This document shows positions 42,489 through 53,189 of a stretch of 64,000 nt of DNA, piece after piece. The DNA lies in NCBI GenBank assembly GCA_963665815.1, contig OY762463.1:2304001-2368000 (forward strand), written 5' to 3'. The notes beneath the pieces are model-generated. The model had not been told where the DNA came from. It saw only the letters and a program-made list of their open reading frames with translations, and made no database searches. This stretch comes from Candidatus Cloacimonadales bacterium (GTDB lineage: Bacteria; Cloacimonadota; Cloacimonadia; Cloacimonadales; JAIOQZ01). Position numbers and translations under genes: made by a program. How positions within the stretch are numbered: the first letter of the stretch is position 1; every line of letters begins with the position of its first letter.

Positions 42489-42639
42489 TCTTTCTCCTAA
42501 AAAGTAAAATTAGTATTCACATAAACCTACCGAATATTCATATACAATACTTTAGTTAAGTATTTTGATATTCAATATCTGTATTAAACAAATGTATTTA
42601 GTGTGTTTTAAATATGTCAAGTATAAATCATAATTATTA

Positions 42640-42875
42640 GTATCCTGTTTTTTGTTGAAAGTCGGCCTTGAAGATACCCGGAAGGATTTTTCAGGAGATA
42701 TTCCATAGAAAATTGCTCTCCTTAAAGACTTATGAAACTCATGAATAATGTTCCATTCTGTACGGAATTCTGGTGTTATTCTGTAAACAGGAACACTATG
42801 GGACGAGATTTGATCTTTATCAAATCGGATGTGTTAATTACTAAATTTTGCATAATATCTATTCATTTTCTTTGA
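42640..42875. repeat. Degenerate relative of the left part of the MITE-like element
   Basis: 42640-42720 aligns with ~26169-26250; CTATTCATTTTCTTTGA recurs at 42859-42875 after a ~140-bp insert. Confidence 0.6.
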
Positions 42876-43040
42876 GCCCGAATGAAATGATAATTTTTGC
42901 CAAACAACAATAGTATTGCAAATTTTGTGAGAAATATGAAATATTTGAATCGATATTATATTGCACGGAAATAAAATTATTGACAATTATAAATGAAATA
43001 ATCTATTTCTTGTTATTCTTAACAGGCTGGAGAGTAAATA

Positions 43041-44924
43041 ATGGAATGGCTTTCAAACGATAAAGGAAATCTCGTATCTGCAATTGTATTGTGTGTGATT
43101 GCCTTGTTTTCAAGTTTTACTTTAGCAGTCTTAGTTATGGGTGATAAAACCAATGCAAATTCTTCATTTGTTCTGATGCAGGAAACTCATCTGCTTCGAT
43201 CAGGAATAGACAGAGGTCAGAATTTTCTCCGTCTGAACGACAGTTTTACCGATGTATCTTCATATGATCTGGGAGTCAGGTTGTTTGAAATTGTGAGTGG
43301 AAGATCTCTTGTTACATTTGGTGTTAAAACAAAAGTTTTCTCCGGTGTATCAGAACAGACAAATGAGATTATTGCTGCAAAGCGTGGAGTTAAAGCTCTG
43401 GTAAAAGCATTCAAGAAAAGAAAGCGATATGTTGCATTTTCAAGTCATGACGATAACACTGTTCTCAAATTTCGAAAATATGGTGAAAGGAATGTTAGAA
43501 AACAGACTTTTGCCGGATTTATGTATTTTACAAATACTGATACTTCTGTTAACGATGGTCCGGTGTATTTTGGCGGTCGGGATGAATTATGGGGACGCAT
43601 ACACAGTAATACAGATATTTTGATACTTCGTGGAAGTTATCCGGTTTTCCATGACTTTGTTACTTCCTCAGGAGGAATTCTGACCCAGAATGGACAGTCA
43701 GCACCTTTAAGTAATAGATCAGTGTTTAAAAAAGGAGCAGAAGAATATGTACCGGAAATTGAATATTTCCCTTTCGCAACAACTATCAGACAGTATGGAA
43801 ACCATATTACCGGACAGGATTTACTATATGCACGAGTTGAAGGCGTTAACCATCAAATATATTCTGCAACAATAAATGACTTACCTGCTGATACTCTGAT
43901 TGTATACGATTCTTACCCTCCTTACGGACTTGTTGGTGATTCACTTTTCAGTAATATCATAGTGTTCCGTGATACCTCATGGTCTAATCCAATTTCAGGA
44001 ACTTTGAATGATGGTGCAATATTTGCTCATTCTGATTTATGGATAAAAGGCTGTTTCGGAGGCAAACAAACCTGGGGCTGCGAAGGAGATATGTATCTGC
44101 TTGGTGATATAACTCTGGCTAACACTCCTGTTGGTGAAGCTCCAGATGGATATAACGAAACTCTGGATGATTATTCCGGTCCCATAAACAGAACAGATAT
44201 TGTTGGTCTTGTTTCTGAAAGACGAATTTTTATGAAATATGCTTACAATAGCCCTGAGACAGGAGGCATATATTGGGAAAACTGCGGTAATAGCAGCAAT
44301 GGAGATGATGGAATATTTATATATGCAGCAATGGCAGCAATGGGACAGGGAGATGGCTGGTTAGACGGACATTTTTCCTATGAGTATCAATATCCTCATC
44401 CGTCAACTCCTCATGCGTATGACTGGCGGAACACAGATGAAGATTTCATGTATCCTGATTTGCACCTGGGGAAGTATCCTCCGGTCAACAGTCTTCATTA
44501 CTGGCCCTGGCCGGCAAATACAAATACAGGATTTACTTATCCGCAATCATGGCAGGGAATGTCATGGCGTAGTGCTGGAGCTCCCGATTATCCGTGGTAT
44601 AATCCCGTTTTTCCATCAACAGTGATGTACTTTGAGCGTGGCAATGTTAATATTTTTGGATCTATAGCACAATCAAGAAGAGGTTATATTCACAGGTCCG
44701 GTATGGATTTTAATGACTCCGGCTACTGGGACCTTGATGATCCAGCTCATCCAATGATGGGACCGGGAGTTCTCTCCAACGGATATTGGAAAAACTACCA
44801 CTTTGACAGAAGATTCAATACTGTACCTCCACCATATTATCCGGAGGTTAACACAAGGGGAGGCAGCAGCAGCCTTAATGGATTGATACTTTTCAAAGAA
44901 CCTCCCACAAATGATATTTTCTGA
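43041..44924 (+). CDS. PilX/DUF4900-like large minor pilin (paralog 1 of 4)
   Basis: Class III-like leader NDKG|NLVSAIVLCVIALF without Glu5; FAGFMYFT...F.GRDELWGRIHSN; GSIAQ..RG...GY.K.YHFD.RF...PPPYYP. Confidence 0.6.
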   Translation: MEWLSNDKGNLVSAIVLCVIALFSSFTLAVLVMGDKTNANSSFVLMQETHLLRSGIDRGQNFLRLNDSFTDVSSYDLGVRLFEIVSGRSLVTFGVKTKVFSGVSEQTNEIIAAKRGVKALVKAFKKRKRYVAFSSHDDNTVLKFRKYGERNVRKQTFAGFMYFTNTDTSVNDGPVYFGGRDELWGRIHSNTDILILRGSYPVFHDFVTSSGGILTQNGQSAPLSNRSVFKKGAEEYVPEIEYFPFATTIRQYGNHITGQDLLYARVEGVNHQIYSATINDLPADTLIVYDSYPPYGLVGDSLFSNIIVFRDTSWSNPISGTLNDGAIFAHSDLWIKGCFGGKQTWGCEGDMYLLGDITLANTPVGEAPDGYNETLDDYSGPINRTDIVGLVSERRIFMKYAYNSPETGGIYWENCGNSSNGDDGIFIYAAMAAMGQGDGWLDGHFSYEYQYPHPSTPHAYDWRNTDEDFMYPDLHLGKYPPVNSLHYWPWPANTNTGFTYPQSWQGMSWRSAGAPDYPWYNPVFPSTVMYFERGNVNIFGSIAQSRRGYIHRSGMDFNDSGYWDLDDPAHPMMGPGVLSNGYWKNYHFDRRFNTVPPPYYPEVNTRGGSSSLNGLILFKEPPTNDIF

Positions 44925-45206
44925 AATAAACTATTTTACTATTTTTTCAGTTTTGAAAAATGTTAAAATATAATATAACTTACTAATTTACAACGAACTA
45001 AACCCAATTCATTACAAATGTGCTTTTCATATATTATCATAATTGTAAAATACAATATTACGAGAAAAATTTCATATTTGTAACAGCTTGTTAACACACT
45101 CCTTAGACATTTACTCCTGTTTGGCATACACATTGTTATATAATCAGCGAATGTAACTGATGTGGAAATAATGTAGTTTCAAAAATTGATTAAAGAGGAG
45201 AGTCCT

Positions 45207-47090
45207 ATGAAAATTAAACTCAATGAGAATGGGAATTTGGCATCAGCTATTGTGCTGAGTATCATTGCTGTTTTATCAGGTCTGGTTCTTACTGTACTGG
45301 TAATGGGAGATGCCACTCATGCTGAAGCTTCTTTTATCAAAATGCAGGAAACTCATTTTTTGCGAACCGGTATTGATCGTGGTCAGAATTTTATGGCAAA
45401 TGGAGATAACGTGATGGATTTATCCACCGCTGATCTTGGAGTTAGACTTTATGAAATTGAAAGTGGTAATTCAGTGATTACATATGGTGCCAGAACCAAA
45501 ATATCAACAGGTTTACCTGAACAGGAAAATCAGTTAATCATTGCTAAAAGAGGTGTAAAGGCATTAGTAAAAGCATTCAAAAGAAGAAAACGTTATGTTG
45601 TATTTTCCAGTCAGGACTACAATTATACATCACGCTTCAAAAAATATGGAGAACGTAACATAAGAAAGCAGACATTCGCCGGTTTTATGTACTTCACAGA
45701 CACAGATATCTCTGTAAATGATGATCAGGTGAGGTTCTGGGGACGTGATGAGATCTGGGGACGAGTTCACAGTAATACAGATATAATACTTTCGACAATA
45801 AGTCAGCCCTTGTTTCACGATTTTGTTTCTTCTTCCGGTGAAATTGTCATGCAGAACGGTCAACCCGCAAATCTCGAAGACACATCAATTTTCGAAGATG
45901 GTGCTGAAGAACATGTTCCCTATATAGAGTACAATCCTGTTGCCATATCTATTCGGGAAAACGGTAGACATATTGAAGGACAGGACATCTTGTATGTCAG
46001 AGTCGACGGTCCTAATCATGTAATGTGCCGAGGACTGATAAATGATTTACCGGCAGAAACACTTGATGTATATAATTCTTACCCTCCTTACGGACCTGTT
46101 GGCGACTCCCTTATGAGTAACGTAGTTGTTCTTCAGGATACTATCTGGAATGCACCTACAACGAATTCCCTCAGCGATGGAGCTGCTTTTGTTCACTCGG
46201 AACTATGGATTAAGGGAAGTTTTGGAGGTAAGCAGACCTGGGGTAGTGAAGACGATCTGTTTCTTGTAGGAGATGTAACACTTGCAAATACTCCTGTAGG
46301 TGATCCACCTGATGGATATAATGAAGATCAGGATGATTATACCGGACAGGTAAACAGAACAGACTTTGTCGGACTTGTCTCAGAAAAAAGAATATTTATC
46401 AAGTATGCATATTTTAATCCTGAAGATGAAACACTTAGCTGGGAAAACTGCGGAGATGAAACCGATATGGATTCCGGAATATATATTTATGCAGCTCTTG
46501 CTGCTCTTGGTCATGGTGATGGATGGGAAGATGGTTATTTCTCTTACGAATATCACTATCCGCATCCGTCTACCCCACATGCCGAAGATTGGCAGAATAC
46601 GGATGAAGATTTTATGTATCCTGATCTACATTTATGTAAGTATCCACCTGACAATAACTCTAACAGATGGCCATGGCCTGCAAATGGAGGCGGTGGATAT
46701 GTCTACCCTGCTACGTGGCAGGGAATGGCATTGAGAAGTGCCGGTGCACCTGATTATCCCTGGTATAACCCCGTATTCCCTTCAGACGTGATGTTTTATG
46801 AACGTGGGCAGATTCATTTGTTTGGATCCGTTTCTCAAACAAGACGTGGATTTGTACACAGATCAGGAGATGATGTAGATAATGGTTTCTGGAATCTTGA
46901 TGATCCTGCTCATCCAATGCTTGGTCCTACTACTGAATCTACAGGATATGGAAAACAATATCATTTTGATAATAGATTTAATTCAATACCACCACCTTAC
47001 TATCCGGAAGTTAACCTGACAAGTGGTGGAGGCAGTAACTTGAATGGTGTGATTATCTTTAAGAAACCACCTGCAAATGATGTATTTTAA
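45207..47090 (+). CDS. PilX/DUF4900-like large minor pilin (paralog 2 of 4)
   Basis: NENG|NLASAIVLSIIAVL; same motifs as paralog 1. Start at ATG 45207 after GAGGAG. Confidence 0.6.
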   Translation: MKIKLNENGNLASAIVLSIIAVLSGLVLTVLVMGDATHAEASFIKMQETHFLRTGIDRGQNFMANGDNVMDLSTADLGVRLYEIESGNSVITYGARTKISTGLPEQENQLIIAKRGVKALVKAFKRRKRYVVFSSQDYNYTSRFKKYGERNIRKQTFAGFMYFTDTDISVNDDQVRFWGRDEIWGRVHSNTDIILSTISQPLFHDFVSSSGEIVMQNGQPANLEDTSIFEDGAEEHVPYIEYNPVAISIRENGRHIEGQDILYVRVDGPNHVMCRGLINDLPAETLDVYNSYPPYGPVGDSLMSNVVVLQDTIWNAPTTNSLSDGAAFVHSELWIKGSFGGKQTWGSEDDLFLVGDVTLANTPVGDPPDGYNEDQDDYTGQVNRTDFVGLVSEKRIFIKYAYFNPEDETLSWENCGDETDMDSGIYIYAALAALGHGDGWEDGYFSYEYHYPHPSTPHAEDWQNTDEDFMYPDLHLCKYPPDNNSNRWPWPANGGGGYVYPATWQGMALRSAGAPDYPWYNPVFPSDVMFYERGQIHLFGSVSQTRRGFVHRSGDDVDNGFWNLDDPAHPMLGPTTESTGYGKQYHFDNRFNSIPPPYYPEVNLTSGGGSNLNGVIIFKKPPANDVF

Positions 47091-47099
47091 GGAGTTGAG

Positions 47100-47600
47100 A
47101 TGAAAAATATAATGAATAACAAAGGTGTAACTCTTGTAGAAGTAATTGTGATGGCAATAATAGTATCAGTTGCAATGTTAGGGCTTCATATCAGTCTTCT
47201 TTACGCCGAGACTCAGATGGTAAGAAACTACCATGAAAGAAAAGCTTATCTTCTGGCATCAGGTCAGCTTGAGCTTTGCCAGCAGAAAATGAATAACCAG
47301 AATGTTGATCAAAATGTCCGATCTATTTATCTTATGGCTTCAGGTCTTGGATATCAAAACTGGGATGATGATGATATTTACATTGTTGATAACGGAGAAC
47401 AACAGATAATTCCTACTGTAAAAACTTCATATAAAACTGGTATTGACCAATGTAATGGTACGGCTCTTCAGTTTGTACAGGTTACAGCAACCGTGAAATG
47501 GACTGATCCTACCTATAAATACGGTGCGGCTGAACGAACTAAAACAATAAAAATGCAGGAAGATTTCTACAGCTTCTATAAGAATACAGGAGGGGAATAA
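47100..47600 (+). CDS. Type IV prepilin-like protein (PilV-like minor pilin)
   Basis: NNKG|VTLVEVIV prepilin cleavage motif with Glu5; A..LA...LE; VTATVKW. Confidence 0.8.
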   Translation: MKNIMNNKGVTLVEVIVMAIIVSVAMLGLHISLLYAETQMVRNYHERKAYLLASGQLELCQQKMNNQNVDQNVRSIYLMASGLGYQNWDDDDIYIVDNGEQQIIPTVKTSYKTGIDQCNGTALQFVQVTATVKWTDPTYKYGAAERTKTIKMQEDFYSFYKNTGGE

Positions 47601-48289
47601 TGTTTTTAAGGAATAAATCAGGATTCACATTTACTGATCTTCTTGTAAGTGCATCATTAGTTGGCTTGATAACTGTAATTGCAACTGTTGGAATATCTGC
47701 ATTTATCAATGAGTTTAACGAACTTCGTGCTTTTTCCTTACTTCAGGAGCAGGCAATGCAGCTTATGGAAACAGTTCGTTATGGAGAACTTATCAGAGAT
47801 CCGGAAACCAATTCTTCCGATAAAGCATATATGGGCTTTAACGGAGCATACAAAGTCAGATTGACACATGATCTGGCATCCGGAATAGGTAATTATGGTG
47901 GAGCTCGTATGTCAGTTCCAAGCCGGGACAGTCAGAGCAATGAAAACAGTTCAGAATCCGGTGAATATGTAAAATATTACTGGAATACATCCAACGGTAA
48001 AATATACTGCGATGTATCTTCAGCTATCAGAGTACCCGGTAAAACTTATCCTTACCCAATATTCCCACGTTCTTCAGCAAATGATATTGTAGTAAGAGAA
48101 TTCAAAATTTCTCGTGTAAATGCTACAGATGCCAGTGATCCTATGCAGATGGGTGTATCTGATGCAACAACATATTTCTACAGATTAGATCTGTGGGCAG
48201 AAATATACATAAACAGAGCAAACAATAATAAACGTGAAGTTAAATTCACTACATATGTAAGTCGTCCTTTGGACGCCAGTAATTTTTAA
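47600..48289 (+). CDS. Type IV prepilin-like protein (PilW/GspJ-like minor pilin)
   Basis: KSG|FTFTDLLV motif (Asp at position 5); start overlaps the upstream stop (TAATG). Confidence 0.75.
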   Translation: MFLRNKSGFTFTDLLVSASLVGLITVIATVGISAFINEFNELRAFSLLQEQAMQLMETVRYGELIRDPETNSSDKAYMGFNGAYKVRLTHDLASGIGNYGGARMSVPSRDSQSNENSSESGEYVKYYWNTSNGKIYCDVSSAIRVPGKTYPYPIFPRSSANDIVVREFKISRVNATDASDPMQMGVSDATTYFYRLDLWAEIYINRANNNKREVKFTTYVSRPLDASNF

Positions 48290-48653
48290 TCTTTGTAATA
48301 CGGAACCGCTTGTTTAAATGGGGGGAGAAATTTAGACTCTGGTTCCGTATGCATTATCGATTAAAATTTTAATAGTACTTGTAATAATTCTGGAAAATTA
48401 TTATAAAGAATTATTTATAAAGCTTTTAGGAGGGCATCCTATGAAATACATAATGAAATTTGTATCATATTTGAAAATACGGCAGAAAGACATAATAGTG
48501 AAAGAATGTAATTTACTGAAAACTAATTAATTATGAGTTAAAAAACTATTGGTATGAAATATGTTTATAATTTAAATGAAAAATAAACTGATCGAAAATT
48601 TTGTTAAGAAACAAATATCTCTGGTCTTCTATAAAATAGCATGGGAGTGGAAA

Positions 48654-50492
48654 ATGAATAACGAAAAAGGTAATCTGGCAGCAGGAATGGTATTAACAGT
48701 GATAGCTATTCTATCAGGAATGGTGCTTTCAATCCTTGTGATGGGTGACAGAGTTTCTCTTGATAATAATGCAGAATCAATGCAGACTGCCCATTTGTTA
48801 AGAACATCTCTCGACAGAGGATCCATAATACTTAAACATATTGATGATTTTGAAGATGCTGAGGGCATTTTTGAAAGAAAAATTGTTACAAATAAATCCG
48901 AGAACAAAATTTTCACTCTGAAATCAGAAATCAGGCTGACAGGTAACGGCGAGGATACTCCTGATTTCAATATCTGCTCCTTTGTTGAGGCAAACAATGG
49001 CAGAAGAACCAGATATCAAGATATTAATCCTTCAGCAAAATATGCTGAACAAATTTATGAAGTAGAAAATCTGGCAGATTTTTTAATATTCATAGATCAA
49101 AATGTATCACCAAATGATGACCCTATTTACTTTTGGGGAAGAGACGAAATTCACTATGGACATATACATTTGAATACAAATTTATATATCAGGGATCAAA
49201 TTGCCGGATTTCCTCAATTTGGCGGACTGGTTACATGTAGTGGTGAAATATTATACGAAGACGGCAATGCTGTTCCTTTAGACGATCCGGATCTTTTCCC
49301 GGGTGGTGTGTTTGCAAACATTCCTGTTAAAGTATTACCGGAAAGAGCAGAGAAAATCAGAGATAACTCTATCTGGATAGATTGTAACCAAGAACTGACA
49401 TATATAGAGGTACGTGATCATAACTATTACACATGTACAGCTCAGATAAATGATCTCCCTCCCGAGACGTTTACGGTTTACAACTTATACCCCCCTTATG
49501 GTCCTGTTGGAGATTCCCTATTCTCGAATCAGATTGTTTTAAAAGATACAGTATGGACAATTCCATCGCTTCACACAATTAATGATGAATCAGTATTCGT
49601 GAATTCTGATTTATGGATTCGTGGTCATTTCGGAGGAAAGCAAACCTGGGGTTGTTCCGGTGATATGTACCTTGTTGGAGATATTAAACTGGAAAATACT
49701 GTTTTAGGAGAAGCTCCGGATGGATATAGACCGGATGATAATGACTTTAACGGAAATATCAACACTACTGATTATGTTGGTTTAGTCTCAGAACGAAGAA
49801 TCATAATCAAATATGTTTATTCAAATCCAATTGATACAATACTGCACTGGGATAATTGCGGAGATGAAGTCGATATGGATTCCGGAATTTATATATATGC
49901 AGCACTTGCAGCTCTTGGAACAGGTGATTGCTGGGAAGATGGTTATTTCTCGTATGAGTATCAATATCCTCATCCTTCTACTCCTCACACTTATGACTGG
50001 ATGAATACTGATGAACATTTTCTGTATCCTGACCTTCATTTAGGAAGGTACCCGGTGGAAAACAGCACTCATCAATGGCCATGGCCGGCAAATGGAGGTG
50101 GTGGATTCAATTATCCTAATACATGGCAGGGAATGCCCTGGAGAATTGCGGGAGCCCCAGATTACCCGTGGTATAATCCCGCATATCCATCACAAGTAGT
50201 AAAATATGAGAGAGGTTTCATTCATCTATTCGGTTCTCTGGCTCAGAGACGAAGAGGTTTTATACATAGATCAGGTAGTGATATTGATAACGGATATTGG
50301 GATCTTGATGATCCGGCACATCCATTTTTTGGACCATCTACTCCTTCTACAGGATATAACAAAATATATATATATGATTCAAGATTTCTGACTAATCCAC
50401 CTGTTAACTTCCCGGAAGTTAAATCAAAAGCCGGAGGAAGGATATTTAATAAACACAGAGTAAAACATAAACCGGTACCGGGAACTGTATAG
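48654..50492 (+). CDS. PilX/DUF4900-like large minor pilin (paralog 3 of 4)
   Basis: Start moved to ATG 48654 (GGAG RBS): MNNEKG|NLAAGMVL; conserved C-terminal motifs. Confidence 0.6.
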   Translation: MNNEKGNLAAGMVLTVIAILSGMVLSILVMGDRVSLDNNAESMQTAHLLRTSLDRGSIILKHIDDFEDAEGIFERKIVTNKSENKIFTLKSEIRLTGNGEDTPDFNICSFVEANNGRRTRYQDINPSAKYAEQIYEVENLADFLIFIDQNVSPNDDPIYFWGRDEIHYGHIHLNTNLYIRDQIAGFPQFGGLVTCSGEILYEDGNAVPLDDPDLFPGGVFANIPVKVLPERAEKIRDNSIWIDCNQELTYIEVRDHNYYTCTAQINDLPPETFTVYNLYPPYGPVGDSLFSNQIVLKDTVWTIPSLHTINDESVFVNSDLWIRGHFGGKQTWGCSGDMYLVGDIKLENTVLGEAPDGYRPDDNDFNGNINTTDYVGLVSERRIIIKYVYSNPIDTILHWDNCGDEVDMDSGIYIYAALAALGTGDCWEDGYFSYEYQYPHPSTPHTYDWMNTDEHFLYPDLHLGRYPVENSTHQWPWPANGGGGFNYPNTWQGMPWRIAGAPDYPWYNPAYPSQVVKYERGFIHLFGSLAQRRRGFIHRSGSDIDNGYWDLDDPAHPFFGPSTPSTGYNKIYIYDSRFLTNPPVNFPEVKSKAGGRIFNKHRVKHKPVPGTV

Positions 50493-50519
50493 TGTATAGA
50501 TAATTGTACAGGAGGACTT

Positions 50520-52373
50520 ATGATTAACGAAAAAGGTAATATGGCAGCTGGAATAGTATTAGCAGTGATAGCTATTCTATCCGGAATGGTGCTTTCAGTT
50601 CTTGTTATGAGTGACAGAGTTTCACTTGAATACAGTGCAGAATCAATGCAGTCAGCACATTTTTTAAGAACATCTCTCGACAGAGGTTCTGCAATAATGA
50701 ATAACATTAATGATTTAGAAGATTTTGAGGGCATTTTTGAGAGGAAAATCGTTGCAGATAAATCAAAAAATAAGATATTCACATTGAAGTCTGAAATCAA
50801 ACAGGAAAATAAAGATGGGAATCCATCGTCATTTAATCTGTGTTCCTTTGTTGAGGCTAACAACGGCAGAAGAACAGGATTTCAGGATATTAATCCATCC
50901 GCAAAGTATGCTGAGCAGATTTATATGATAGAGAATCTGGCAACAATAGCTCTGTTTCACGACAACGAGATATCTGTGAATGAAGATCAGGTGAGAACCT
51001 GGGTTGGTTTCCAAGGATTCAAGAATGGTGGATATCATGCAAATTCAAGAATTAGAATAAACAATCCTCAACAGCATGCACATGATTATTTTGATGGTTA
51101 TGTAACTTCTGCAGGAAGTATATTATATAATAACGGAAATCCTGCTCCACTGGATGACCAATCTATTTTTCCGTATGGTGCATGTGATCATGTGGCTCAA
51201 AAAGTTCTACCTGAAAGAGCTGAGAAAATCAGAGACAATTCTGACTGGATAGATTTTAATCAGGAATTAACCTATATACAGGTGAATGACCATAATTATG
51301 CTATGTGTACTGCTCAGATAACGGATCTCCCTCCGGAAACGTTTACAGTTTACAACTTATATCCTCCATATGGTCCTGTTGGAGATTCTCTTTTCTCAAA
51401 TCAGATTGTGCTGAAAGACACAATATGGACAAGTCCAACCTTTCATTCAATTAATGATGAATCAATTTTCGTTGACTCTGATTTATGGATTCATGGCAGT
51501 TTCGGAGGAAAACAAACCTGGGGTTGCTCGGGGGACATGTATCTTGTTGGTGATATCATACTGGAAAACACAGTTGTTGGAGAGTCTCCTGATGGCTACA
51601 GAATTGATGAAGACGACTTTAACGGAAGTGTAAATACATCTGATTATGCAGGGCTTGCATCGGAAGGTAGAATTTTGATTAAATATGCTTATAAGAATCC
51701 CGTTGATTCACAGATTCACTGGGATAATTGTGGAGATGATAGTATTGAGGAATCAGGTATTTACATTTATGCAGCACTTGCAGCCCTTGGATCAGGAGAC
51801 GGCTGGGAAGACGGTAATTTTTCCTATGAGTATCAGTATCCTCATCCTTCTACCCCACATGCATATGACTGGATGAATACAGATGAAGATTTCCTGTATC
51901 CCGACCTTCATTTGGGAAGGTTTCCGGTGGATAACAGCTCTCATGGATGGCCCTGGCCGGCAAACTATTCAATTAGTGGAGGTTTCTGCTATCCTACAAC
52001 ATGGCAGGGAATGCCATGGAGAAATGCCGGTGCTCCTGACTATCCATGGTACAATCCGGTATATCCTTCACCTGTTGTTAAGTACGAAAGAGGATGTGTA
52101 CACTTGTTTGGTTCATTAGCACAAAGACGAATAGGTTTTTTACATAGATCCGGGAGTGATCCTATAGATTCCGGTCATTGGGATCTTGATGATCCTGCAC
52201 ATCCATGGTTTGGCCCTGGTACAAACTCTTCCGGATATGGTAAAAGGTACTATTATGACACTCGATTTAAAACAAGTCCACCAATAAATTTTCCTGATGT
52301 CAGATCAGAAACAGGTGATAGAATATTCAATAAACACAGAGTAAAACATAAACCGGTACCGGGGACAACTTAG
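50520..52373 (+). CDS. PilX/DUF4900-like large minor pilin (paralog 4 of 4)
   Basis: MINEKG|NMAAGIVL; shares the C-terminal RIFNKHRVKHKPVPGT with paralog 3. Confidence 0.6.
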   Translation: MINEKGNMAAGIVLAVIAILSGMVLSVLVMSDRVSLEYSAESMQSAHFLRTSLDRGSAIMNNINDLEDFEGIFERKIVADKSKNKIFTLKSEIKQENKDGNPSSFNLCSFVEANNGRRTGFQDINPSAKYAEQIYMIENLATIALFHDNEISVNEDQVRTWVGFQGFKNGGYHANSRIRINNPQQHAHDYFDGYVTSAGSILYNNGNPAPLDDQSIFPYGACDHVAQKVLPERAEKIRDNSDWIDFNQELTYIQVNDHNYAMCTAQITDLPPETFTVYNLYPPYGPVGDSLFSNQIVLKDTIWTSPTFHSINDESIFVDSDLWIHGSFGGKQTWGCSGDMYLVGDIILENTVVGESPDGYRIDEDDFNGSVNTSDYAGLASEGRILIKYAYKNPVDSQIHWDNCGDDSIEESGIYIYAALAALGSGDGWEDGNFSYEYQYPHPSTPHAYDWMNTDEDFLYPDLHLGRFPVDNSSHGWPWPANYSISGGFCYPTTWQGMPWRNAGAPDYPWYNPVYPSPVVKYERGCVHLFGSLAQRRIGFLHRSGSDPIDSGHWDLDDPAHPWFGPGTNSSGYGKRYYYDTRFKTSPPINFPDVRSETGDRIFNKHRVKHKPVPGTT

Positions 52374-52969
52374 ATCTTATAATTTTTTACAATGTTTTGA
52401 AAATCAGCGAAGCTTTTATATTGGAATGTTTTCAGATTAACTTTTTCGGCTGTTTCAATATTTTCCTGTTTGTCATCAATAAACAAAATTTCTTCAGCTT
52501 CATATCCTGATTCTCCGATAAAATAATGATAATATTCAGCATCCGGTTTCATAGAGTGCATTTCATAGGACAGGAAATATTCATCGAAAATCATGATTTC
52601 CGGGAAGTTCTCTTCTATATAGCTGTAATGAAGTTCATTAGTATTAGAAACCATGATAAGCTTAACTTTATCTTTCACAGACAAAAGAAAATCGAAGTAA
52701 TCCGTATTAAGAGTGAATGATCCTGACCAGATATCCATAAAGTCCCTGTATGATATCCGTCCTTGTGCGATACTGCTGACTTCCTTCAGAAATACATCTG
52801 TCGATATTTTACCTGTTTCATATTGCCTTGCCAGACCTGATTTAAGGAACACATCAAGAACTTTTTCCGGAGTAAAATTAAGAATCTCAGCAAATTGTCT
52901 GATCATATTATCGCGATCAAAATCAATTATTACATTTCCTAAATCTGAAGCTATACATTTTATCTTCAT
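52370..52969 (-). CDS. HAD-superfamily phosphatase (YihX-like, subfamily IA)
   Basis: Motif I DLGNV, motif II SNTN, motif III KP, motif IV FIDD..EN. Confidence 0.88.
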   Translation of the reverse strand: MKIKCIASDLGNVIIDFDRDNMIRQFAEILNFTPEKVLDVFLKSGLARQYETGKISTDVFLKEVSSIAQGRISYRDFMDIWSGSFTLNTDYFDFLLSVKDKVKLIMVSNTNELHYSYIEENFPEIMIFDEYFLSYEMHSMKPDAEYYHYFIGESGYEAEEILFIDDKQENIETAEKVNLKTFQYKSFADFQNIVKNYKI

Positions 52970-53189
52970 ATTACAACCTTTTGCAAATTCATCATAACAA
53001 TGACTTTAGAGTTATCATGAGATTCACCTTGTTTTACTCAGTGCAATAGTACAATAATTCATTGTCATTCAATTATGTATGTAAATGCTTCTCACAATAA
53101 AATTTCAATTGCATAAAAACTCTGAGAGCTTATATTGTAAATGTATTTAATAATTACTTTTAACCGATAAAAAGCAATTTTGAGGAAGA

